A stretch of 64,000 bases of DNA from an archaeon (lineage in GTDB: Archaea; B1Sed10-29; WALL01), in NCBI GenBank assembly GCA_042584585.1, contig JBHOSQ010000004.1, positions 8,786 to 72,785 of the forward strand. Reading direction: 5' to 3'. The position numbers and the translations under genes are program-made. Under the pieces are notes generated by a model. The model searched no databases, was not told the origin of the DNA, and saw only the letters and a program-made list of their open reading frames with translations. Below, piece after piece: positions 1 through 7,500 of the stretch. The stretch's first letter is position 1. Each line of letters opens with the position of its first letter.

Positions 1-529
1 AATACCCATGGGCGCTAGTGTTTTCCCACAGCTTCTGGTTGGTCTTTGAGTCGTAGGCGTATATGTCGCCGCCCGAAAGCCCGACCACAAGAAGCGAGTG
101 GCTCTTCAGCATGCCGTCTCCGGTTGCCGGCCCCATCGGAAGGAACTCGAATTCTTCGGTTTCTTCTTCGTCCTCGTTTGTCTCGGGCCCTTCGGTCTCG
201 ACACCAGTGTCAGGGAGTTCGGTGTCGGCCTGCTCTTCGACCTCTTGGGTCTCAGGCTCGATTTGGGTGTCCGGCTTCTCCACCACTGGGGCGGAGGGCG
301 TGGACCTCGTCGAGCGAAGTATGATTATATTCTCTTTACTATTAGTAGTAGGATTTGAAACAGAGTTAGTAGTTGTGTCGGTATTAGTTTCCTCCTCAAC
401 AGAATCTTCCACAGCCGCCTCATCCTTGAGCTTGTCCTGGAGGGCATTGAAATTACCCCCTACGAACGCGGCCGATACCATGCTAGTAAGCAAAAGCATG
501 CTGATCAATATTGGCAGGAATTTATTCAT
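1..529 (-). CDS. Secreted protein, N-terminal part only (the gene runs off the window start). Signal peptide, then an acidic Thr/Glu/Pro-rich linker, then the start of a beta-propeller (PQQ-like) repeat.
   Basis: Hand translation of the reverse strand from the ATG at 529-527 gives MNKFLPILISMLLLTSMVSAAF..., a low-complexity acidic stretch, then ...GGDIYAYDSKTNQKLWENTSAHGY. The frame is open to base 1, so it is absent from the ORF track. Confidence 0.6.
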   Translation of the reverse strand, partial: MNKFLPILISMLLLTSMVSAAFVGGNFNALQDKLKDEAAVEDSVEEETNTDTTTNSVSNPTTNSKENIIILRSTRSTPSAPVVEKPDTQIEPETQEVEEQADTELPDTGVETEGPETNEDEEETEEFEFLPMGPATGDGMLKSHSLLVVGLSGGDIYAYDSKTNQKLWENTSAHGY

Positions 530-756
530 ATCTAATCACCTATGAACGGTTGTTGTTACTTTTAAGGGACAACATATATAAACCTTATGTTTATTGCAAA
601 AGGCTACACATGGTGTACCCCCTCAAGCACCTCGCGAACCAGATTATAGACATACATCTTTATAAAGTTATTTGTCCCCAACTAGTTACAACAACAGAAG
701 ACGACGATTCAAGTTGTCCCTCTTATTGGGTAACACATATAAAGGGGCAGTGCTTT

Positions 757-1437
757 ATGATGAATGTGAACAAAGAGAGCTTGGGTGTGCTTAGGCGGCT
801 GGGTTTGAACCAGTATGAGTCGAAGACTTATTTGGCCCTAATGAGCACTCAGGCAAGCACTGCGACGGAATTGTCGGATGTTGCGAGCATCCCGAGGCCC
901 AGGGTTTATGACGTTTTGGCGAAGCTAGAGAAGCGTGGCTTTGTGATGAGCCAGCCGGGAAGGCCGGCACGGTATTCCGCTGTCCCGGTTTCAGTGGCTG
1001 TCGGGGCTTTGAAGCGCGATAAGAAAAGGGAGCTCGACAAGGAGCTTAGTGAGCTGGACAAGCTCGAAACGCAGTTGGGAAAGCATTTGGACGACACTTC
1101 TGCCCCCGTTGGCAACGAGGGCGAGGTTTTCACGATTACTGACCGAAAAAGCATTTATTCTGCTCTTGAGGAGCTCATCAAGCAGAGCAACACCCACATT
1201 GTGCTGTCGAGCAACAAAGAGGGATTGGCCCGAAAGCGGAAGGAGTACGCGCCGCTGTTGCACTTGGCGCAGAAGCGCGGGGTGAACGTGCGGATGGTTG
1301 AAGGGCCGAAGCGCGCGGCGATTGTTGACGACCACTCACTCATCTTCCTGAACGACGGAAAAGGCAGCGCCAAAGCGGACAAGGCCGCGTGGATAAAAAG
1401 CGAGTTCGTGTCCAAGGCTATGCGGAAACTGATTTGA
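757..1437 (+). CDS. TrmB-family winged-helix transcriptional regulator
   Basis: Inside track ORF 511..1437. From the ATG at 757: MMNVNKESLGVLRRLGLNQYESKTYLALMSTQASTATELSDVASIPRPRVYDVLAKLEKRGFV, a typical TrmB N-terminal HTH. The upstream part of the ORF is AT-rich promoter-like sequence. Confidence 0.8.
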   Translation: MMNVNKESLGVLRRLGLNQYESKTYLALMSTQASTATELSDVASIPRPRVYDVLAKLEKRGFVMSQPGRPARYSAVPVSVAVGALKRDKKRELDKELSELDKLETQLGKHLDDTSAPVGNEGEVFTITDRKSIYSALEELIKQSNTHIVLSSNKEGLARKRKEYAPLLHLAQKRGVNVRMVEGPKRAAIVDDHSLIFLNDGKGSAKADKAAWIKSEFVSKAMRKLI

Positions 1438-1448
1438 ATTCACACCTA

Positions 1449-1473
1449 TTTTTTGCTGCTGCTACGAAAAAAA
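1449..1473. terminator. Back-to-back oligo-T tracts between convergent genes
   Basis: T6 on the + strand (1449-1454) after the TrmB stop. A7 (1467-1473), which is T7 on the - strand, after the stop of 1491..2951. Archaeal terminators are oligo-T. Confidence 0.5.
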
Positions 1474-1490
1474 GTCAATTATAAAACAGG

Positions 1491-2951
1491 TCACAGCCCC
1501 AGCAGCCCGACGAGCCAGTCAATCAGCATCCCGATGACGCCGCGCTCAGTGGGGTCGATGCCCGTGACCAGGCCGGTGGAAGGAGACTTCGTGGGCTCCG
1601 GTGTGGATGTTGGCTCTGGAGTTGCGGTCGGCTCGGGCCCCACAGGCGGCTCGGGCAAGTTCGGGTTCGGCGTTGGCACCAGTTCTTCGTTGAGCACCAA
1701 AACAGCCGTGTCTTTGCCGACTGTCACGAGCTCAAGCTCGTAGCCGTCGTTGGAAAGCTTGTCGCCGACGTCCAGCTCCCTCATGACGTCGTTGACGAAC
1801 ATGGTTGCGGACGTGCCGTCCGCCGACATCAAGAACACGTTGTACGCGTCCTCGAAGCTCGCTGCCCGCTTGTTCCGAGTTATGTCGAGCGCGATAAGCT
1901 GGCCGACTGTGCCCGCCTGCTTTTTGGATGCATAGACTGTTCCCGAGCAGCTGTCGCCGTCGGACTCAATGGCTTCGGCAAAGAACGCCCAGCCGCTTTC
2001 GATGGAGAGCTCTTGCGCACCGATGCCGTTCGTCGAGTAGCTGTCGCCGTGCCTCAATTGGGCGCGGTCGCCGGCGAGTGCCTTCTGGAACCCGAGGTAT
2101 GAGCCGTCTTCCAGCTCGCCGTAAGGCTTTCCAATACAGTCAAGCTCGAGCCTTCCGCGAGTGGGCTCGATTATTTTGGTGATCATGAGGGAAATTGATG
2201 CGGGGTCGTTGTCACTGTCGGTGACCCGAATCGCGTAGTCCTCGTCGAGCGGGATGGCGTCTCCAGTGGGGGGGACGAAAAAGGTTTCGCCGCGCCAGAT
2301 GATTGCTTTGGAGGGGTTTTCGGGGAGCAGCTTTATTGTTTTGCCGTCTACTTTTGCTGCCGCGCGCTCGCCCCAGCGTAGGGTGAATTCGTTGCTAAGG
2401 CCGATTGTCCGCTTCTCGAGTGGGATGAGCTCGATGGTTGCGGTGGTCGTGCCGTCGGCGTGGCTGCCGGACTTCGACACCAAGTTGATTAGGTGGGTGT
2501 CGCCCACGTATTGCATGGGCTCGGAAGTGTCAAGGAGTATTTCTTCCCCGTCAATGCTGAACCTGGCGGACGGGTAGGTGGACTTCATCATGAGGATTTC
2601 TTTGTCCTTTATTTCCAGTGCGCTTTTGTCGCACGTGTTCATCTTGACTTCTTCGTTTTCGCTTTCGGAAAAGAATTTCGATGCTCGGAAAATGCACCAG
2701 TCAGGAGTCACTTCGATTGCGTAGATGAGCCAGTCGTCGGTGACTTCGTAGTAGTCGCCGAAGCGCATGTCGTCGCCGTCGATTTCCAGCTCGATGTCGC
2801 TGTAGTGGTCTCCGCTTTCGATGAGCTCGAAGACGTCGTTGTCGAGGCTCTTGGTGTCGTTGACGTAGAGGGTGAACTCGTTGTCGCACTCTGCGGCTAT
2901 CGCTAGCGACAAAAGTAGTGCAATAATTAACACACCTCGCTTCATTGGCAT
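1491..2951 (-). CDS. Hypothetical cell-surface protein: signal peptide, Pro/Thr-rich stalk, C-terminal hydrophobic anchor
   Basis: 486-aa ORF. N-terminus MPMKRGVLIIALLLSLAIAAE. C-terminus ...PTPNPNLPEPPVGPEPTATPEPTSTPEPTKSPS...GVIGMLIDWLVGLLGL. I recognise no catalytic motif. Confidence 0.6.
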   Translation of the reverse strand: MPMKRGVLIIALLLSLAIAAECDNEFTLYVNDTKSLDNDVFELIESGDHYSDIELEIDGDDMRFGDYYEVTDDWLIYAIEVTPDWCIFRASKFFSESENEEVKMNTCDKSALEIKDKEILMMKSTYPSARFSIDGEEILLDTSEPMQYVGDTHLINLVSKSGSHADGTTTATIELIPLEKRTIGLSNEFTLRWGERAAAKVDGKTIKLLPENPSKAIIWRGETFFVPPTGDAIPLDEDYAIRVTDSDNDPASISLMITKIIEPTRGRLELDCIGKPYGELEDGSYLGFQKALAGDRAQLRHGDSYSTNGIGAQELSIESGWAFFAEAIESDGDSCSGTVYASKKQAGTVGQLIALDITRNKRAASFEDAYNVFLMSADGTSATMFVNDVMRELDVGDKLSNDGYELELVTVGKDTAVLVLNEELVPTPNPNLPEPPVGPEPTATPEPTSTPEPTKSPSTGLVTGIDPTERGVIGMLIDWLVGLLGL

Positions 2952-2984
2952 AATTTAGAATTATTGCATATAAAAAAGGGTAGG

Positions 2985-3116
2985 TGGGGTCGTAGGGATT
3001 TGAACCCTAATATAGTGGTATCCTCGCTCCAAAGTGCAATCATTGGCCCGAAGGCCTCAGCATACCACTTAAAGAACCCTGGAGCCACTCAGGATGCCAA
3101 GTTACCTCACGACCCC
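2985..3116 (-). tRNA. tRNA-Trp (anticodon CCA) with a 59-nt intron at position 37/38 (intron 3020..3078)
   Basis: Reverse strand: acceptor GGGGTCG/CGACCCC, anticodon stem AGTGG/CCACT, loop CUCCAG, T arm TAGGG-TTCAAAT-CCCTA, discriminator A. The mature length is 73 nt once the intron is removed. Confidence 0.85.
3038..3060 (-). ncRNA. K-turn hairpin (box D'/C'-like) inside the tRNA-Trp intron
   Basis: CUGA immediately followed by GGCC-UUCG-GGCC, then AAU + GA (AAUGAUU). This is the canonical K-turn arrangement: canonical stem, 3-nt bulge, tandem G.A. Confidence 0.6.
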
Positions 3117-3143
3117 GTGAGAAGAATTGTTTTGTTGAACTGG

Positions 3144-3153
3144 ATTTATTAAG
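3144..3153 (-). promoter_or_regulatory. TATA box for tRNA-Trp
   Basis: The reverse strand reads CTTAATAAAT, about 28 nt upstream of the tRNA 5' end at 3116. Confidence 0.5.
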
Positions 3154-3183
3154 GTGCCTCCGGGGGAGACGCTGCCGGCCTAT

Positions 3184-3208
3184 GGGGGGATGCCAATTGG
3201 CACCCCCC
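3184..3208. repeat. GC-clamped palindrome GGGGGG-A-TGCCAATTGGCA-CCCCCC (copy 1 of 2)
   Basis: Read directly. Followed by AAGT and a T6 run. It lies between the two tRNA genes. A sister copy is at 36467..36496. Confidence 0.7.
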
Positions 3209-3228
3209 AAGTCCTTTTTTCTCCCAAG

Positions 3229-3385
3229 CGGACGCGGAGGGATTTGAACCCTCGATTCCTGGCTGGCTCCTCGGTTGTTCATAACCTCATTGCCACCGAA
3301 GTGGCTCAGCATAGAGGAACAGTCATCGCCTAAGGGCGTAACCGAATAGGAGGCCAGTGCCTTATCCAAACTAGGCTACGCGTCC
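3229..3385 (-). tRNA. tRNA-Arg (anticodon CCT) with an 82-nt intron at position 37/38 (intron 3265..3346)
   Basis: Reverse strand: acceptor GGACGCG/CGCGTCC, D arm GCCT..AGGC, anticodon stem CTGGC/GCCAG, loop CUCCUA, T arm GAGGG-TTCAAAT-CCCTC, discriminator G. The intron ends can pair (UCGGUU/AACCGA and CUCC/GGAG) as expected for a bulge-helix-bulge site. Confidence 0.8.
3285..3309 (-). ncRNA. K-turn hairpin (box D'/C'-like) inside the tRNA-Arg intron
   Basis: CUGA immediately followed by GCCAC-UUCG-GUGGC, then AAU + GA (AAUGAGG), the same layout as in the Trp intron. A C-box-like GCGAUGA sits at 3323-3329, 13 nt upstream of the CUGA. Confidence 0.55.
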
Positions 3386-3411
3386 ACGAGAACTGTTTTG
3401 TGTGTAACGTC

Positions 3412-3423
3412 TTTTATATATAA
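3412..3423. promoter_or_regulatory. TATA box, probably the tRNA-Arg promoter (possibly bidirectional)
   Basis: TTTTATATATAA lies 27-38 nt upstream of the tRNA-Arg 5' end (3385) on the - strand. It also abuts the small + strand ORF. Confidence 0.5.
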
Positions 3424-3660
3424 ATGCCCTTAAGCATTGCCATGGAGCACTTTGCTGTTCTGCTTGGGTTCACGAGCTTCTTGCTGCTCGCTGCGACCGG
3501 GCAGACCCTAACATTCTCTTTCGCTGCCGGCGTCGCGGTACTAGTGATAGTGTCGGGAATACGGCTGCAGGAAACAAGAAAGAAAAAGCCGAAACCCACC
3601 AAGAAAAAGCCCCGAAAGCCGACTTCGGCGAAGCCGAAGTCAAAGACTAGGCGCAAGTAA
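3424..3660 (+). CDS. Small membrane protein with a lysine-rich tail (hypothetical)
   Basis: 78-aa ORF with two hydrophobic segments (HFAVLLGFTSFLLLAATG, FAAGVAVLVIVSGI), then RKKKPKPTKKKPRKPTSAKPKSKTRRK. The start may instead be the ATG at 3442. A hairpin plus T6 follows. Confidence 0.4.
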   Translation: MPLSIAMEHFAVLLGFTSFLLLAATGQTLTFSFAAGVAVLVIVSGIRLQETRKKKPKPTKKKPRKPTSAKPKSKTRRK

Positions 3661-3669
3661 GGGTGAGGA

Positions 3670-3699
3670 GGGGAGTTGTGAACCAACAATTTTTTCCCC
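3670..3699 (+). terminator. Hairpin plus T6 after the small ORF
   Basis: GGGGA-G-TTGT-GAACCA-ACAA-TTTTT-TCCCC, immediately after the TAA at 3658-3660. Confidence 0.45.
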
Positions 3700-4069
3700 A
3701 TTGGCTGGGTGGGCCCGTTCCGCGTCCCCTCGGTTAGGTGTAGTTCGTGGAGACCATAACTATTCTCCAAATCAATTACGCGATAGTTGTATATATAGTT
3801 TTCTCATGGCTAGACAAACGTCGACTGCAGTAACGTTTCTGCGATACGTTTGTTTAGTTATTTGCAGTTATTTTTTGGTGTGGCTTTAAAAAAAATTGTG
3901 GGCGAATGGAGATAAGTTTATATATTAGTTTTTAGAAAATATTTAGTCGCTTTGCTTCCTTTGGAAGTGAAGGGCAGTTTCTTGAGGAGATGGTGCGTGC
4001 CTCGTATTCTCCATGGCTGGGTGGGCTCCACCTCTCTTCGCCCTATTGCGGGTAGAGGGACGACCATAC
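3700..4069. other. Noncoding AT-rich island between convergent gene ends (candidate ncRNA locus or replication-origin-like region)
   Basis: No credible ORF. The core at about 3770-3955 is roughly one-third GC by eye against about 57-60% around it. Direct repeats CCAT(T)GGCTGGGTGGGC at 3698-3714 and 4011-4026. Dyad CTTCC-TTT-GGAAG followed by TGAAGGG at 3955-3974. Several TATA-like strings. Confidence 0.5.
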
Positions 4070-4462
4070 TTACTCAGGATGGACCGTGATTTTTACTGGT
4101 CCTGAATGCTTCAGGCATTGGACTAGTTCTTTATCCAGGTCTTTAGCTGCTTTGTCAGCCCCAATCATTAGGGTTCGGGGGTCCACCCAGCCGGACTTCC
4201 GGATCACCAGGTCTTTGTCTGAGAGCGTGAGCTCCGGGTGGCCGGTGCCCACGATAGTGTCTTTGCGGCCGCCGCACTCGATGGTGACGGTCACTGTCTT
4301 GGCGGAGCGGAGCTTTTCCAGGAAGGCTGGGCCGACGTTCCAGTCGCAGTCCACCGCCACAAAGCAGTCGCCGCGGGGCGTCACAGCCTTGTCCCGGGTG
4401 AAGGCAAGGGTGGTCGGGTGCTCGGAACGGACGTTGGGATGCCCTTTTCCAGTGATTAGCAT
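4070..4462 (-). CDS. Small conserved archaeal protein, DUF371-like
   Basis: 130-aa ORF ITGKGHPNVRSEHPTTLAFTRDKAVTPRGDCFVAV... It resembles the GH.N....H.TT.E.T....LT.RGDCI pattern I associate with DUF371, recalled from memory only. Confidence 0.4.
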   Translation of the reverse strand: MLITGKGHPNVRSEHPTTLAFTRDKAVTPRGDCFVAVDCDWNVGPAFLEKLRSAKTVTVTIECGGRKDTIVGTGHPELTLSDKDLVIRKSGWVDPRTLMIGADKAAKDLDKELVQCLKHSGPVKITVHPE

Positions 4463-4546
4463 TACGGGGAATAGGGGTTCGCCATATAAGAAGCTTTTTA
4501 TTGGCGCGGTTCCTAATTAGCGGGGAACCCTCGTTTTGGTGGCGTG

Positions 4547-7500
4547 ATGGGGAAAATCGAGAAAATCAAGATGAAGGACTTCAAGTCCTTCCGTAATGTA
4601 ATCATCCCTTTCGTGGATGGCTTTACTTCTGTAGTCGGGCCCAACGGCTCTGGGAAGAGCAATCTCAACGACGCCATAATGTTCGTGCTGGGCGAGGGCT
4701 CGATGAAGTCCCTGCGGGCCGGAAGGCTGACGGACTTGGTGCACCACTCCAGCAAGAGCGGCGAGGCCGAGGTCGTGATTGACCTCCGGGACAACAAGGA
4801 AAAGTACACTGTGTCGCGCAGCATCGACAAGAAGGGCTCGTCGGTCTACCGATTGAACGGCAAGCGGACGACGAAGACCGACGTCATTGAATTGCTTAAC
4901 TCGATGAGCATCCCCCCCGAGGGATACAACATCATCATGCAGGGCGACGTCATGAGCATAATCAACATGACGCCGAAGCAAAGGCGGGAGTACATCGACG
5001 ACATCAGCGGCATCGCTGAGTACAACCAAAAAAAGGACAAGGCGATGCGCGAACTCGAGAAGGTCGAGGAAAAAATCAAGGAAGCCAACATCATCCTTTA
5101 CGAGCGCGGCGGATACCTCAAGGAAATCAAGAAAGAGAGGGACGAGGCGCTGCGGTACAAGCGGTTCGACGAAGACAGAAAGCAGTTGAAGCACTCAATC
5201 ATTTACTCCGAGCTCACCGAGGTCGAGGCCAACTACAAGGAGTCAAGCGAAAAGGTCGCGACGCTCCGGAAGGACCTTGACGAGCTGCAGGACAACCTCA
5301 AAAAGGTGTCTGCGCAGATAACAAACTGGGAGAACCAGCTTAAGGCGCTGCAGCAGGAAATCATGGACAAGGGCGCGGACGACCAGCGCGACATCTCACG
5401 CGAAATCGAGCAGCTGAAGTCCAAGCTGTCCATCACCCAGGAAAAAATCAAGAACCGCCGGGAAGACATCACTGCGGCAAAGGCCGAGATCGAGAAGGCC
5501 AAGCGCCTCATCGAGGAAGGCAGGGCAGAGGCCGGCGAGAAAAAGGAAGCACTCAAGAAGCTGAAGGAAGAGGACGACGCGTACGCCGCGAGAATCAAGG
5601 AAAAGGGCGGCGAGTTAGAGGCGTACATGGCCGAGCTCCGCGAGAAAAACCTCTTGGTCGGCGACATCACGAAGAAGCTCGAGGACATGAACGACGACAT
5701 CGCAAAGAAAAAGGAATTGTTCTACGAGGTCAAGGGGCGCCTCGACCAAATTCGTGAAAAAATCAGCGTCAAGAAGCTGAGCATGAGCGACCGGGGCGTG
5801 GAGCGCGAGGAAAGCGACAAGCGCATCGACGAGCTCAAGGAAGCGTTCGACACTGTGAACCACCAGTTCGCCGAGCAAAAGCGCAGGTTCAAGGGCCACG
5901 AGCAAGAGCTCGAGCAGATGTTCGCGCAGGAAAAAGCGTTGAACAAGGAGTACTCCGAAGTGGACTCCGAGCTCGACGCCGTGCGCGAAAAGTACCACTC
6001 ACTGCAGTCCAAGGTCACGACCATTCGGCACATGACCGGCAACACCGCCAGCGACTCAGTCATGAAGGCAAAGGACGAATTGCCCGGCGTGATTGGGACG
6101 GTCGAGGAGCTGTGCTCGTTTGACGTGGAGTACGCGACCGCAATCCAAACCGCGGCCGGCGCCAGGATGCACTTCATAGTCACGAAGGACTCTGCGGCCG
6201 CGACGAACGCAATCAAGTGGCTGAAGCGCAAGAAGCTCGGGCGCACCACGTTCATTCCGCTTGACCGCATCCGCCCCATCGAGATAAGCCAGCAGGCAGA
6301 AAACGCGATGCGCAACCCGAAGGCCATCGACTTCGCGATTAAGCTCGTTAAGTTCAAGAAAGAGCACCACAACGTGTTCTCGTACGTGTTCGGCGACACC
6401 GTGGTTGTCGAGAACATTGACGCTGCCAAGGAAATCGGTTTCGGGACCTGCAGGATGGCGACGATGGACGGCGACTTGGCCGAGGCCAGCGGAGCGGTGA
6501 CCGGCGGGTTCAAGCGCGGCTCGCTCACGCTGCAGGAAATAAAGAACGTGGACGAGCTCAAGGAAAAGAGCGAGAAGCTGCAGAAGAAACAGGAAAAGCT
6601 CATGCGCGGGCTTGAGGAGCTGCGCGAGAAGATGAACTACTCCCGCAGCCAGAAAGCCGAGGCGGAGCTGAAGGCGGCGGAGTCAGAGGTGCGTGTGAAC
6701 GAGCTTCAGCAGAGGATGGACGACCACCGCACCATGACCAAGAAGTATTCATTGTCCGCGGAGGACATCGAGAAGGAAATCGCGTCGATGAAGACCGAGC
6801 TCATCGAGAACGAGAAGAAGATGAAAGAGCTGCAGGCCGACATCCACGAGGCGGAGGAAAAGAAGGAGCTGGCGAAGGAAAAGATTGACTCGCCGGAGAG
6901 CAGAGTAGTGTCGCAGCGCTTAGAGGAGATGCAAAAGCGGGTGCAGTCGCTGCGCGACCAGCGCGCCGAGGTCATGATACAAATCAATTCCATCAACGCG
7001 GAGCTCGACAAGTACATGGGCGAGCGGGAGAAGGCGAGGCTTGAGGCCGTCAAGGAGAACGAGGACCTGATTAAGGAATGGGCCGAGCAGGTCAAGAGCC
7101 TCGAAAAAGACGACAAAGAGGCCCAAGTGGTCCTGAAGGAAAAGCTGGTGCAGGAGAAAGAGATTTCTTCGTCCATCCGCGGCCTGGTGGAGCGGAGGGA
7201 CTCGCTTGAGGGCGAGGTGAGGAAGCTTGCGGAGCAAAGGGGCCAGCTGCAGAGGCAGTCCGAGAGCAAGCAGTCACTTTTCAACGACGAGAACTTCAAG
7301 AAGGCAAAGTGGGAGACCCGCCTCACCGACCTTAAGGCTGAGTTCGACGAGGAGGCGCCGGTCAAGGACTTCAAGATGAGCATCGACGAGATGAAGGAAG
7401 AGGTCGAGAACCTGCGGAACAAGATGATTCGGCTTGAGCCAATCAACCTGGCGGCGGTCGAGAAGTACGACAAGTACGTCGCCGAGCTTGACGTGATGAA

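Noticed and set aside
3040-3369. 109-aa - strand ORF spanning both tRNA genes
   Set aside because: It is composed of tRNA exon and intron sequence plus the palindrome. The tRNA cloverleaves explain the region.
2952-4069. tRNA genes next to an AT-rich stretch as a possible integrated mobile element
   Set aside because: There is no integrase, transposase or phage-like ORF, no duplicated tRNA 3' end acting as an att site, and the island is only about 400 bp.
3701-4104. Small ORFs in the AT-rich island that both begin MAGWA (TTG at 3701, 62 aa; ATG at 4012, about 31 aa)
   Set aside because: The shared N-terminus is simply the 17-nt direct repeat read in frame. There is no SD or TATA at suitable spacing and the downstream sequences are unrelated, so I treat the repeat as a DNA/RNA element.
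4508-4529. Inverted repeat GGTTCC-N10-GGAACC in the smc leader
   Set aside because: Only 6-bp arms with no flanking extension, which is expected by chance at this GC content.
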